Of a stretch of DNA of 64,000 nucleotides, positions 51,601-64,000 are shown in pieces. Made by a program: the position numbers and the translations under genes. Location: contig NW_026782588.1 in assembly GCF_031769215.1 (NCBI RefSeq), positions 372,001 to 436,000 of the forward strand. Direction: 5' to 3'. Under the pieces are notes generated by a model. That model saw nothing but the letters and a program-made list of their open reading frames with translations. It did not search any database and was not told where the DNA came from. Numbering within the stretch: the first letter of the stretch is position 1; each line of letters begins with the position of its first letter. Source of the stretch: Ylistrum balloti (Eukaryota).

Positions 51601-52047
51601 TCTCCCATGAAGTTGGTGACTGATGGAGGCTAAGGGTAGTGTCATACAATACCTTCCTATAATAATCTTATCTCTAATGAGAAATGTGTTCCCCACATCT
51701 GATAGTTCTTGTTCTCTATACACAGAGAAAGTAATAATAAATTCAATTGTAACAAGAAATATGGACAAAAACTGTAATTTAATGACATCATTTAATAAAG
51801 TTGATTTAAAATAAACAATTCTATTATTACAAATCTGGTTGGAAAGAATACAATTCAATAATAAAAGGTATGGTAGTTTCACTCACACACATATCTCAGT
51901 ATCTAATTTACCATGTTCAATATTTAGTGTTGGGCTACATCAAGTTCACATGAGTGTGTGGCTGTCCTCTCTGTCAGTGAAATAACATCTTGTACTTAAC
52001 AAAATATGGAGTTCCGACCCCAAGAAGCTATAACTTCAAACATATTG

Positions 52048-52053
52048 TTTATT
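52048..52053 (-). promoter_or_regulatory. Candidate poly(A) signal of RBIS
   Basis: AATAAA on the minus strand ~295 nt past the stop codon. Confidence 0.45.
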
Positions 52054-52345
52054 GAAAACGCATTTACTTTAAAGAAATTTTATTCTAGATCCAGTCTATT
52101 ATTGTGTTGTGTATTTCACTCATTCAGCATCCCGATATATCGAGTTAGCATGAAGACATGGCTGCTCTTCTGTAATTGAAATACAATTGTAATCTGGTGT
52201 TCCCGCCACCGTAATGACCAGAATTCAGATATTACGTCTTGTTGTGTCTAAAAGTTAAAGTTTCGATATTAGTATCCTATGGTCGTCCGACTCCAGGACC
52301 TGGCAAACAGACCCGCATGGTTTTGTCAATGCCTCTGAAGTTTGT

Positions 52346-52414
52346 TTATAGCTTTGCAAATTCCTCTGCTGCTTTGCTGACATCGGGGGGTGGTCCCTTC
52401 GTTTCCAATTTTAC
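52346..52414 (-). CDS. RBIS: RBIS last coding exon (VKLETKGPPPDVSKAAEEFAKL*)
   Basis: Acceptor TATTTCTAG|52414, phase 0, stop TAA at 52346-52348. Resembles the C-terminus of human RBIS as I recall it (KPVNVDEATRLMALL). Confidence 0.82.
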   Translation of the reverse strand, partial: VKLETKGPPPDVSKAAEEFAKL

Positions 52415-54773
52415 CTAGAAATATACGAACAAGTCAGGATAACAATGAAAATTATAAAATAAACTAGAAAATGTCTGTAAGACAATACATGCCCCCGCTG
52501 CCAAGGGCTTGATCTGGACCCCCGAAACATAACAATGTCTTAGCATTAAGTTTGACTAACTTCTAAAAAAACCAATGAAGTTTCTACGTGTTTAAATGGA
52601 ATCAGTTGATGATTGTCTAGTTATAACAAGGGTAACCTTAGCCGTGACCTTTGGCCCCTGAACTACAACGATGTCCAAAATACACTTAAACTTGATCGTT
52701 CCGTAAATTTTGACCGAATTCCATGAAAGAATAAAGTTGCTAAGTGTTTAAAGAGAATCGGTTGATAATTGTCTCTATACAACAAGGGTGACCTTGGATC
52801 CCCGAAACACTTCGCTATTATATCTGCAACCCCCAATATTACGGCAAGGGCATAAAAATGTAAATATATCAAAACTAATGAAAGTCTTGTTTCCTCAGCT
52901 TCGACGCTGACTCTTCGCCTCATGGCTATTGAGAAGAAGACTTCTAAGGAAGAGGTCGACAACATGTGTCGCACCGTAGCATAACCTCACGTGGCCCTTC
53001 AGGCAAGGTGAGCTAAAACGTTGGAATATTTAACTCGATGATGAACGACTATAAAACAAGTCTTATGGAAAGATCTAAATTACGTTTCTCGACTGATATA
53101 ATGTTGTCTGCAGTATTTCATAACCGTCAAACAGTGACCACGTGCAGTAAAGACGTATGATAACGTAACGTCGATTAAACACGTGATAACATGGTATTAA
53201 CATACAAAGATATGTATTTCTTCAACCTAGGAGTTTACAACAGAATCTCGTATAGTTTAAACTTCCTCACACACTACCACTGACAATAGGTGACATGTTA
53301 TGTATGACACGCTATAGATGGCCCAGCCGAGGCTGCCACAATGCCTCATTAAATCAAAACGTATATTGAAAAAAGCAGGCGACATATCTTGTCAAATAGG
53401 CAAAAAAACCAGATTGGCGTTGTTAACACTCACACGGATTCGTGGAGATGTATCTTTTTCAGTTATCTGAGACGTAAAGAACCAGATGTGAATATGAACT
53501 ATGGGACTCTACCTATACATTTCTATCGCTATTTTCAAACTGTTTTTTTTTCTTCTACTAAATGTTAAAGCTTGTCAAATATTTCATACACATATATAAT
53601 ACACCACAATATTACTCATTATACCCAGAGTCATTTTCAAAACTTAGTTTCCAGTATCCTGTTTGACAAGTATAAATCATGTTATACTAATTCAGATTGT
53701 GTTACTAACGTTACATTTACGCATTCATATAAATGTATGCAAATAAGGGAGTTACAATTTTAGTGTTTTGTCTTTAAACTTGCGAGCATTACAAAATGTA
53801 CCTAGTAGCTATATCGCGTCTGGTGCCCTTCGCCTAAAACATTAAAGTCAAATGTGATGAAATCTGTTTTACACCTGACCTAATGCATTAGATTTTAGGC
53901 AAATTTCTTTCTTGTCATCGCAGGTGTGAATGTATACAGTTTCATCCCAGTGGTAAGGCTATCTTTCATGAAAAGCGACTGTTCATGCAGGCTTGTTTCC
54001 CGAATTTTAAAAACAAAACGTTATACACCTATTGTGTTACACAATGATGAATGAAATCGCAAGGGAAAAAAGTGTTCAAAAGAAATGATTATGGTAAGAA
54101 CGAAATCTTTCGACCACAAAAGTTAACGTGATCCTCTCCTCAACTACAGTTAACTTAGAGCTGTATAAGTATTGATATGTCGTGCAAACATGCTATATGA
54201 TGTACTAGAAAACACTGCAGTGTGTTTTCGGGGTCGCAGGGAATACCTTATATTCCGTTACATTAAATGTTGACTATATTCTTTATTATTACAATGTCTG
54301 GGTAAATACAAAATATCATTGCGTGTAAATTCAACACATTACATATTTAACACGTCTGTGTTATCGTTTATTATAAAGACTAGAGTCTCACGTATATCAA
54401 ATATCGCATTTTTCCAGACATTACATATTATATACATCTCCTGAGGCATGGAGAGGTCTCAGACACTACTAATTAAGTGTTGAGGTAACAATAACTTTAC
54501 GTGAAAGAGTGTAAACAATGGCGTGAATATAGAGAAATTACCAACATATAAAGATAATCTTAATTTATACTCAATCCGATCAAAAAAAAGATTTATGAAA
54601 TAAACGACCAGGTATTCAACAAGGGTAAGCGTCTCTTGCTTAACTCGCACTTCAAATCTAGAACTAATTGTTATACCTGACCTCTGACATTTAATTAGGT
54701 AGTGTATGATACATAAGGACTGTATTAAAACAGAAATTCTAAATATTGTATACAGAAAAAAGGCCTCGTTTAC

Positions 54774-54875
54774 CTTCTTGGATGGCGTTGTAACTTTTGA
54801 TGAAGCTAACGTTTCCTTGAGTCTATCGAACTTTTTATTGGCTTCCTCTGTCTTCGACTTTGTTTGTACATTTAA
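54774..54875 (-). CDS. RBIS: RBIS middle coding exon (LNVQTKSKTEEANKKFDRLKETLASSKVTTPSKK)
   Basis: Acceptor ATATTTTTCTTTCAG, donor AAG|GTAAAC, 102 nt, phase 0/0. Matches the INIMNEEKVNRVNKAFVNVQKELA region of RBIS as recalled. Confidence 0.85.
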
Positions 54876-57800
54876 CTGAAAGAAAAATATTGCACCAGAA
54901 TTACACTTTAGTCAACACATTGTTGAAATAACTACATATATGTATACTCAAAACATGTTGATGATGTATGGTAAAATGTCTCTTTCGGGTTAGCAAGAGC
55001 GAAAAAGAAACGACTAGAGATTTGTTTCTTGTGAACAAAAATATATTTCTCCCCTCCTCCCTTAACATACTTTGAATATTTCTGCACTTAATTGACCTTT
55101 AACTTGAAAATTAAGATTGAAGTGACCTAATTATAGTACACAGCGTAACGTCAGAGTGCGGGTGATGTATATATGTCTTCATAATTGTTCAGAACAAAAT
55201 CATTGCCAGGATAAGAACTCATTGAAAAAAATGCGCTTATTTGACATTTTCCCTTGAGGTCATAGTAGCAATGATCATATGACAAAGAAAAGCATTTCAT
55301 CAGTTGGTGATAAAGGTATACAGCTTTCATTAAGATATCTTTTACGGTTTAAAAGTTATCACCCGGACAATAACTTACTGGAAAATTTCGCGCTTATTTG
55401 ACCTTTGACCTTGAGGTATGGGCCAAAGTGACCTAAAGGCAGTGCACTTCACAACAGCTTCACGTGATGTAAGTGTACTGTAAGTTTCGATGGTTAAAGT
55501 TATGACCCAGGCAAGACATAATTAGAAGAACCAGTGCTAGAAGGACCGGTACGAAGACAACATGTGTCCTTTATTCGATGTTGAGAAATGATAAACTGAG
55601 TCGGTACCAGTAAATTAAGTTCAGATATGAAATATCCCGTTACCAGCGTTTTCTGATCTATTGAGTCACTTTCAAAGAATATGGATCCACGCAAGATATT
55701 AGATCCGGACATATGTGTTTGTATCTGTTTGTTGAAAGACAAACTTGCAACTAAGAAATTGTCATGAAGAGATTTAAATCAAAGTCACCATTGTTATCCA
55801 GTCGGTAAATATTAATTTTGAAGGCTGACCTTGACCTTCTTGTTTGTTGTTACTATCTTTAGTCGCATTTTGGGGGCATGATATGGCATAGATTTTTTGT
55901 AGATTTACAAGGAGAAATTAAGACAGGTTTATAATCATGAGGTGTCCTCTTGTTGTTATCAACCATCGAATATCTATAAGAACTTAAATACATACACAGA
56001 CAATTTCGTGAAATCTTTGGGAGACTAGACGTATCCAATAATATAGGTAGATTATGCAACAGGTTTTCGATTTAATAAAAATGTCACATCATTGTGAATC
56101 GTTAAATCCAGATTCGAATAACCATGGCAAAAGTTGCGACAAGATCTCAATCTTACAATGAATAAGTTGTTTGATAAAAGATAATGACAATACTCTATCA
56201 GGGAGAACACATCAATAAATGCTTTAACTTTCTATCACTGAATTCAAATTGTACGAGATAAAAAGACGAAGAAAAGGTGCAGGATGCAAGTGGAGTCATA
56301 ATTAATAACGTCTTAATTATCCTAGATATAATTTCGGCCATATAATTTAAATATTTTTGCTATATTACATGTCTTTATCATAAAAGAAAATACTTATGAA
56401 TGATTTTCTACATTTAAATTGTAAAAATGAAAAAAAACTGAAAACAATTTGACTCCGAATTCATTTGATAAAAAATTAAAATACGCGATAGAAAAAAAGT
56501 ATAAAAATCACAAGTCGTGACAATTTTACACCTTGATAATATGATAATTTCATTATACTATTATCAATACTTCTGAGCAAAATCTGAATGAGAGCAATTA
56601 TGTTTTCATCATGCCGCTTGAACGGGCATGCAGCGCATGCAGACACTGTAGTTTCTTGTTTCATCTAGTAATATGTATTTATATATAAGATAGATATCAG
56701 ACTCAGCGGAGACTTTCATTCACATCACGAGTCTATACATCAGCAACACAAACCAGATAAGAAAGACCTTACACACTGAGATAGAGCCTGATACGGACAT
56801 CAAAGGCTGGACCCAAAACACAGGTAAAAACACAGGTAATAGCATAGCCAGACATGCTAATTAGCCGAACAAGACAAGCATAACACGGAAATACGACAGA
56901 CAGGCATCAATAACGGTCCAACGGAACACAAAATTGACCGGGCGATAGAAGCAGAAAGTTTTGTTGACAAACGTTATCTATTTCTTATCTGTTTCAATTG
57001 TTTGAGCGACTGAGGTTTTAAACCCAAGCAAAAGCGAAGGTCATATTGAGGTCATAGATGATGGCCCGACAGAAGGGTCACTTCAAAGTTTCTGACATAG
57101 TTTTCTTGCAACAGCTTAAGACCTTGTACACACGAAGTCTTTTTTTTTCTTAGTCATATTTCAAGCCGGGACATCGTAGGAAAACAAAATAACGACACAC
57201 ACGTTACGCATTCTTGAAATAAAAGACTTGAAAGTTACTCATTATATAATACGCCACTATACCTATGTGATCCTAAAATCACTTCCCCTTTCTCCCTAAT
57301 CCCAAAATATTTCTCCCTACCCCCAGGATATGTGCGACCAATGGAATGAATTCCTTTATACGCTTTATATGTCTTACTAACTGCTATATTCGATCGCATT
57401 AAGTGGTGTAGTTACATTAAAACTTCGATGAGTCGAACTTCGATGATTCGAATTTCTCGATGTTTCGAATTTTTTGCCCCTATATAATGCTACTAATTTC
57501 ACATTTATGACTCGAACTTTTTTACTGTATATTATAAAGTTTTGATCTTCGTTGAATCATAAACTGTTCTGATTGTTTTTTTCCGCTGGACTAAATTTTC
57601 GCGTTGCAGTATATTTGAAAATTTCTCAGGATCGAATTTTAGCATTATCGATAGAAATATGAAGTAATACAAAATTAGCTATATGATTCCATATTGTCTG
57701 GGGAAGTCATAACTCAAAGAGATAATTCTGTTTCTATGGTAACATTTGCAGGTTTTAATTAAACTATAAAAAATTCAATGTCGTTACCTCACTTGGATGG

Positions 57801-57978
57801 CCCTAAGGATCAGTACGTATAAGCACATACAATCTGTTAATGTGGTAAATATCTTATCTACATTGGACCGAACTTTCAGTGGTACTATGTTTTGAGGTTG
57901 AAATACAACTGCTAAAATTAGAAACAAATATACTTAATAAGAAATTGAGATCTACAACATTACATCATTCTATGTAGT

Positions 57979-60900
57979 AAAGAGATCAGTCTGATCAGGT
58001 AGAGGTAAGAGATCGGTCTGATCAGGTAGAGGTAAGAGATCAGTCTGATCAGGTAGAGGTAAGAGATCGGCCTGATCAGGTAGAGGTAAGAGATCTGTCT
58101 GATCAGGTAGAGGTAAGGGATCTGTCTGATCAGGTAGAGGTAAGAGATCAGTCTGATCATGTGGAGGTAAGAGATCAGTCTGATCAGGTAGAGGTAAGAG
58201 ATCGGTCTGATCAGGTAGAGGTAAGAGATCGGTCTGATCAGGTAGAGGTAAGGGATCTGTCTGATCAGGTAGAGGTAAGAGATCAGTCTGATCAGGTAGA
58301 GGTAAGAGATCAGTCTGATCAGGTAGAGGTAAGAGATCTGTCTGATCAGGTAGAGGTAAGAGATCTGTCTGATCAGGTAGAGGTAAGAGATCAGTCTGAT
58401 CAGGTAGAGGTAAGAGATCAGTCTGATCAGGTAGAGGTAAGAGATCAGTCTGATCAGGTAGAGGTAAGAGATCAGTCTGATCAGGTAGAGGTAAGAGATC
58501 GGTCTGATCAGGTAGAGGTAAGAGATCGGTCTGATCAGGTAGAGGTAAGAGATCTGTCTGATCAGGTAGAGGTAAGAGATCTGTCTGATCAGGTAGAGGT
58601 AAGAGATCAGTCTGATCAGGTAGAGGTAAGAGATCAGAGGTAGAGGTAAGAGATCAGTCTGATCAGGTAGAGGTAAGAGATCTGTCTGATCAGGTAGAGG
58701 TAAGAGATCGGTCTGATCAGGTAGAGGTAAGAGATCTGTCTGATCAGGTAGAGGTAAGGGATCTGTCTGATCAGGTAGAGGTAAGAGATCAGTCTGATCA
58801 GGTAGAGGTAAGAGATCGGTCTGATCAGGTAGAGGTAAGAGATCAGTCTGATCAGGTAGAGGTAAGAGATCGGTCTGATCAGGTAGAGGTAAGAGATCTG
58901 TCTGATCAGGTAGAGGTAAGAGATCTGTCTGATCAGGTAGAGGTAAGAGATCAGTCTGATCAGGTAGAGGTAAGAGATCGGTCTGATCAGGTAGAGGTAA
59001 GAGATCGGTCTGATCAGGTAGAAGTAAGAGATCGGTCTGATCAGGTAGAGGAACGAGATCGGTTTGATCAGGTAGAGGTAAGAGATCAGTCTGATCAGGT
59101 AGAGGTAAGAGATCAGTCTGATCAGGTAGAGGTAAGAGATCAGTCTGATCAGGTAGAGGTAAGAGATCAGTCTGGTCAGGTAGAGGTAAGAGATCAGTCT
59201 GATCAGGTAGAGGTAAGAGATCGGTCTGATCAGGTAGAGGTAAGAGATCTGTCTGATCAGGTAGAGGTAAGAGATCTGTCTGATCAGGTAGAGGTAAGAG
59301 ATCGGTCTGATCAGGTAGAGGTAAGAGATCTGTCTGATCAGGTAGAGGTAAGAGATCGGTCTGATCAGGTAGAGGTAAGAGATCGGTCTGATCAGGTAGA
59401 GGTATGAGATCGGTCTGATCAGGTAGAGGTAAGAAATCGGTCTGATCAGGTAGAGGTAAGAGATCGGTCTGATCAGGTAGAGGTAAGAGATCGGTCTGAT
59501 CAGGTAGAGGTAAGAGATCGGTCTGATCAGGTAGAGGTAAGAGATCTGTCTGATCAGGTAGAGGTAAGAGATCAGTCTGATCAGGTAGAGGTAAGAGATC
59601 GGTCTGATCAGGTAGAGGTAAGAGATCGGTCTGATCAGGTAGAGGTAAGAGATCGGTCTGATCAGGTAGAGGTAAGAGATCGGTCTGATCAGGTAGAGGT
59701 AAGAGATCGGTCTGATCAGGTAGAGGTAAGAGATCTGTCTGATCAGGTAGAGGTAAGAGATCTGTCTGATCAGGTAGAGGTAAGAGATCTGTCTGATCAG
59801 GTAGAGGTAAGAGATCTGTCTGATCAGGTAGAGGTAAGAGATCAGTCTGATCAGGTAGAGGTAAGAGATCTGTCTGATCAGGTAGAGGTAAGAGATCGGT
59901 CTGATCAGGTAGAGGAACGAGATCGGTCTGATCAGGTAGAGGTAAGAGATCGGTCTGATCAGGTAGAGGTAAGAGATCGGTCTGATCAGGTAGAGGTAAG
60001 AGATCGGTCTGATCAGGTAGAGGTAAGAGATCGGTCTGATCAGGTAGAGGTAAGGGATCTGTCTGATCAGGTAGAGGTAAGAGATCGGTCTGATCAGGTA
60101 GAGGTAAGAGATCGGTCTGATCAGGTAGAGGTAAGAGATCGGTCTGATCAGGTAGAGGTAAGGAATCTGTCTGATCAGGAAGAGGTAAGAGATCAGTCTG
60201 ATCAGGTAGAGGTAAGAGATCGGCCTGATCAGGTAGAGGTAAGAGATCTGTCTGATCAGGTAGAGGTAAGGGATCTGTCTGATCAGGTAGAGGTAAGAGA
60301 TCGGTCTGATCAGGTAGAGGTAAGACATCTGTCTGATCAGGTAGAGGTAAGAGATCAGTCTGATCAGGTAGAGGAACGAGATCGGTCTGATCAGGTAGAG
60401 GTAAGAGATCAGTCTGATCAGGTAGAGGTAAGAGATCGGTCTGATCAGGTAGAGGTAAGAGATCTGTCTGATCAGGTAAAGGTAAAGGATCTGTCTGATC
60501 AGGTAGAGGTAAGGGATCTGTCTGATCAGGTAGAGGTAAAAGATCTGTCTGATCAGGTAGAGGTAAGAGATCTGTCTGATCAGTTAGAGGTAAGAGATCG
60601 GTCTGATCAGGCAGAGGTAAGAGATCAGTCTGATCAGGTAGAGGTAAGGGATCTGTCTGATCAGGTAGAGGTAAGAGATCTGTCTGATCAGGTAGAGGTA
60701 AGAGATCAGTCTGATCAGGTAGAGGTAAGAGATCGGTCTGATCAGGTAGAGGTAAGAGATCGGTCTGATCAGGTAGAGGTAAGAGATCGGTCTGATCAGG
60801 TAGAGGTAAGAGATCAGTCTGATCAGGTAGAGGTAAGAGATCTGTCTGATCAGGTAGAGGTAAGAGATCGGTCTGATCAGGTAGAGGTAAGAGATCAGTC

Positions 60901-62243
60901 TGATCAGGTAGAGGTAAGAGATCAGTCTGATCAGGTAGAGGTAAGAGATCAGTCTGATCAGGTAGAGGTAAGAGATCAGTCTCATCAGGTAGAGGTAAGA
61001 GATCGGTCTGATCAGGTAGAGGTAAGAGATCTGTCTGATCAGGTAGAGGTAAGAGATCAGAGGTAGAGGTAAGAGATCTGTCTGATCAGGTAGAGGTAAG
61101 AGATCAGTCTGATCAGGTAGAGGTAAGAGATCGGTCTGATCAGGTAGAGGTAAGAGATCTGTCTGATCAGGTAGAGGTAAGAGATCTGTCTGATCAGGTA
61201 GAGGTAAGAGATCAGTCTGATCAGGTAGAGGTAAGAGATCTGTCTGATCAGGTAGAGGTAAGAGATCGGTCTGATCAGGTAGAGGAACGAGATCGGTTTG
61301 ATCAGGTAGAGGTAAGAGATCGGTCTGATCAGGTAGAGGTAAGAGATCGGTCTGATCAGGTAGAGGTAAGAGATCAGAGGTAGAGGTAAGAGATCGGTCT
61401 GATCAGGTAGAGGTAAGAGATCTGTCTGATCAGGTAGAGGTAAGAGATCTGTCTGGTCAGGTAGAGGTAAGAGATCAGTCTGATCAGGTAGAGGTAAGAG
61501 ATCTGTCTGATCAGGTAGAGGTAAGAGATCTGTCTGATCGGGTGGAGGTAAGAAATCAGTCTGATCAGGTAGAGGTAAGACATCTGTCTGATCAGGTAGA
61601 GGTAAGAGATCTGTCTGATCAGGTAGAGGTAAGAGATCAGTCTGATCAGGTAGAGGTAAGAGATCAGTCTGATCAGGTAGAGGTAAGAGATCAGTCTGAT
61701 CAGGTAGAGGTAAGGGATCTGTCTGATCAGGTAGAGGTAAGAGATCGGTCTGATCAGGTAGAGGTAAGAGATCAGTCTGATCAGGTAGAGGTAAGAGATC
61801 TGTCTGATCAGGTAGAGGTAAGAGATCTGTCTGATCAGGTAGAGGTAAGAGATCTGTCTGATCAGGTAGAGGTAAGAGATCTGTCTGATCAGGTAGAGGT
61901 AAGAGATCTGTCTGATCAGGTAGAGGTAAGAGATCTGTCTGATCTGGTAGAGGTAAGAGATCTGTCTGATCAGGTAGAGGTAAGGGATCGGTCTGATCAG
62001 GTAGAGGAACGAGATCGGTCTGATCAGGTAGAGGTAAGAGATCAGTCTGATTAGGTAGAGGTAAGAGATCGGCCTGATCAGATAGAGGTAAGAGATCTGT
62101 CTGATCAGGTAGAGGTAAGAGATCTGTCTATTCAGGTTAAGGTACGAGATCGGTCTGATCAGGTAGAGGTAAGAGATCTGTCTGATCAGGTAGAGGTAAG
62201 AGATCGGTCTGATCAGGTAGAGGTAAGAGACAAGTCTGACCAG
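57979..62243. repeat. 27-bp satellite (GTCTGATCAGGTAGAGGTAAGAGATC[A/G/T]), ~155-160 copies, intronic in RBIS
   Basis: Direct periodicity; 9-aa period in the repeat ORFs. On the gene's strand it starts within ~10 nt of the donor at 62250. Confidence 0.98.
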
Positions 62244-62250
62244 GACTTAC

Positions 62251-62403
62251 CTTTTTAAGACTAGTGTTAACCATCTTTGTTTTAGTCTTTCTCACACCTG
62301 CCACCTTAAACACAGCTGTTTCTTTTTTGGTCTTGCTCTTGGACTGACCGACGATCGACTGTCCAGCCTGTTTTTGTGCCTTAGTGCGCCCCTGTTTACC
62401 CAT
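62251..62403 (-). CDS. RBIS: RBIS (ribosomal biogenesis factor, C8orf59) first coding exon; spliced protein 107 aa
   Basis: MGKQGRTK...AVFKVAGVRKTKTKMVNTSLKK followed by donor AAG|GTAAGT. Resembles RBIS NVFHIA..KAKPVTTNLKK as recalled. Preceded by acceptor CTTCTTGTTCAG|62426, and the three exons splice in frame. Confidence 0.87.
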
Positions 62404-62623
62404 ATGGATGGTTATCGTTTCACGTTCTGAACAAGAAGGCGTTATTTATCACACAATCCAAAGATTTACGTTCTGGCGTCAATCTTGTTGCCTTGGCAAT
62501 GACATTAGGCAGGCTTTTTCCTACAAAGATGAAATAACACAAGTTAAAATCTTGCGAAGGTCGATACCAATCCTGAGTCGGTTATTTTCGGCTCACCATT
62601 TTCTCAATTTCCAGGCAGCTTTT

Positions 62624-63619
62624 ACTTCCGTTTTACTCATTATTCTATATATATTGTAACACTTCCGATTTACTCGTTATTCTATATACATTGTAGCACT
62701 TCCGTTTTACTCATTATTCTATATATATTGTAACACTTCCGTTTTACTCATTATTCTATATATATTGTAACACTTCCGATTTACTCGTTATTCTATATAT
62801 ATTGTAGCACTTCCGTTTTACTCGTTATTCTATATACATTGTAGCACTTCCGTTTTACTCATTATTCTATATATATTGTAACACTTCCGTTTTACTCGTT
62901 ATTCTATATATATTGTAACACTTCCGATTTACTCGTTATTCTATATATATTGTAACACTTCCGTTTTACTCGTTATTCTATATACATTTTAGCACTTCCG
63001 TTTTACTCGTTATTCTATATACATTGAAGCACTTCCGTTTTACTCGTTATTCTATATACATTTTAGCACTTCCGTTTTACGTTCCGTTTTACTCGTTTAT
63101 TCTATGTACATTGTAGCACTTCCGTTTTACTCGTTATTCTATATACATTGTAGCACTTCCGTTTTACTCGTTATTCTATATATATTGTAGCAATTCTGTT
63201 TTACTCGTTATTCTATGTACATTGTAGCACTTCCGTTTTACTCGTTATTCTATATACATTTTAGCACTTCCGTTTTACTCGTTATTCTATATACATTGAA
63301 GCACTTCCGTTTTACTCGTTATTCTATATATATTGTAGCACTTCCGTTTTACTCGTTATTCTATATACATTGAAGCACTTCCGTTTTACTCGTTATTCTA
63401 TATATATTGTAAGCACTTCCGTTTTACTCGTTATTCTATATACATTGTAGCACTTCCGTTTTACTCGTTATTCTATATACATTGTAGCACTTCCGTTTTA
63501 CTCATTATTCTATATATATTGTAGCACTTCCGTTTTACTCGTTATTCTATATACATTGAAGCACTTCCGTTTTACTCGTTATTCTATATACATTGTAGCA
63601 CTTCCGTTTTACTCGTTAT
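62624..63619. repeat. 37-bp minisatellite (ACTTCCGTTTTACTCGTTATTCTATATACATTGTAGC), ~27 copies, at the likely 5' end/promoter of RBIS
   Basis: Direct periodicity. Each unit carries CGGAAGT on the minus strand. It lies immediately upstream of a candidate donor (AAAATG|GTGAGC at 62596). Confidence 0.93.
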
Positions 63620-64000
63620 CCTACATTGTTGTATGGTGTTACTTCCTATACTTATCTTAACCGCTTTTGAAAATATAGGTTAATTTTAGAAATTTCGAGA
63701 CGATTTCATTTCGCGTTGAACTAGATTCCGATCCCAGAACTCTCCGTTTCCAACTCAAAATCTCGCGGCTATGATGTTTGAATAATGGATATTGACGCGA
63801 AGGACGCGAAGGACGCGCATTGACGCAAAGTCTAACGGCACGTCATTATTTGGCGGTTTCCAATAAACTTTTACCGCCATAAATATGAAGAGGAATGAAA
63901 ATGATCGTTTTTGTATGTAAGTCGCGCAGATGGATAATGTTTGTAGACGACACTATGTGTTGCTACATGTATTGTTTTATTCTGCATTTTTAAACACTAC

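Noticed and set aside
52899-53007. Plus-strand exon-like segment (CCTCAG|...CAAG|GTGAGC) nested antisense in the RBIS intron
   Set aside because: All three frames contain stops. The ending GGTGAGCTAAAA resembles the terminus of common dispersed non-autonomous repeats in bivalves, so the donor is probably incidental.
58161-62054. Long repeat ORFs (ISYLYLIRP)n and (EVRDQSDQV)n, up to 564 aa
   Set aside because: These are artefacts of the 27-bp intronic satellite.
62137-62250. C-terminal part of ORF 62137..62403 (VSPGQTCLLPLPDQ...)
   Set aside because: It is read-through past the GTAAGT donor into the intronic satellite; the true exon ends at 62251.
37838-63619. Shared 37-bp period among three arrays (satellite variant, 37.8 kb repeat, 62.6 kb repeat)
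   Set aside because: The units share no sequence similarity, so this is most likely coincidence.

Overview
AT-rich animal genomic DNA with spliceosomal introns. The repeat motifs suggest a mollusc, probably a bivalve (inference). From left to right: (1) a ~9.3 kb satellite of mixed 42/37-bp units; (2) a tandem array of six intact, single-coding-exon GT31 beta-1,3-galactosyltransferase-like genes on the minus strand, in two unit types (~2.27 and ~2.81 kb), flanked by diverged paralogous remnants, one of which is an empty copy lacking the CDS; (3) an internally deleted PIF/Harbinger transposon with TIRs and a TTA TSD, followed by decayed non-LTR retrotransposon pieces and minisatellites; (4) a plus-strand GT11 alpha-1,2-fucosyltransferase whose start codon lies in a 37-nt upstream exon; (5) a minus-strand RBIS/C8orf59 homolog with three coding exons, which the ORF track caught only in part. 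It has a 4.3 kb 27-bp satellite just inside one intron and a 1 kb 37-bp ETS-motif minisatellite at its likely promoter. The most notable system is the amplified beta-1,3-GalT array sitting head-to-head with an alpha-1,2-FucT. Together these are the two activities that would build an H type-1 (histo-blood-group-like) glycan. No prokaryotic features or CRISPR arrays are present.
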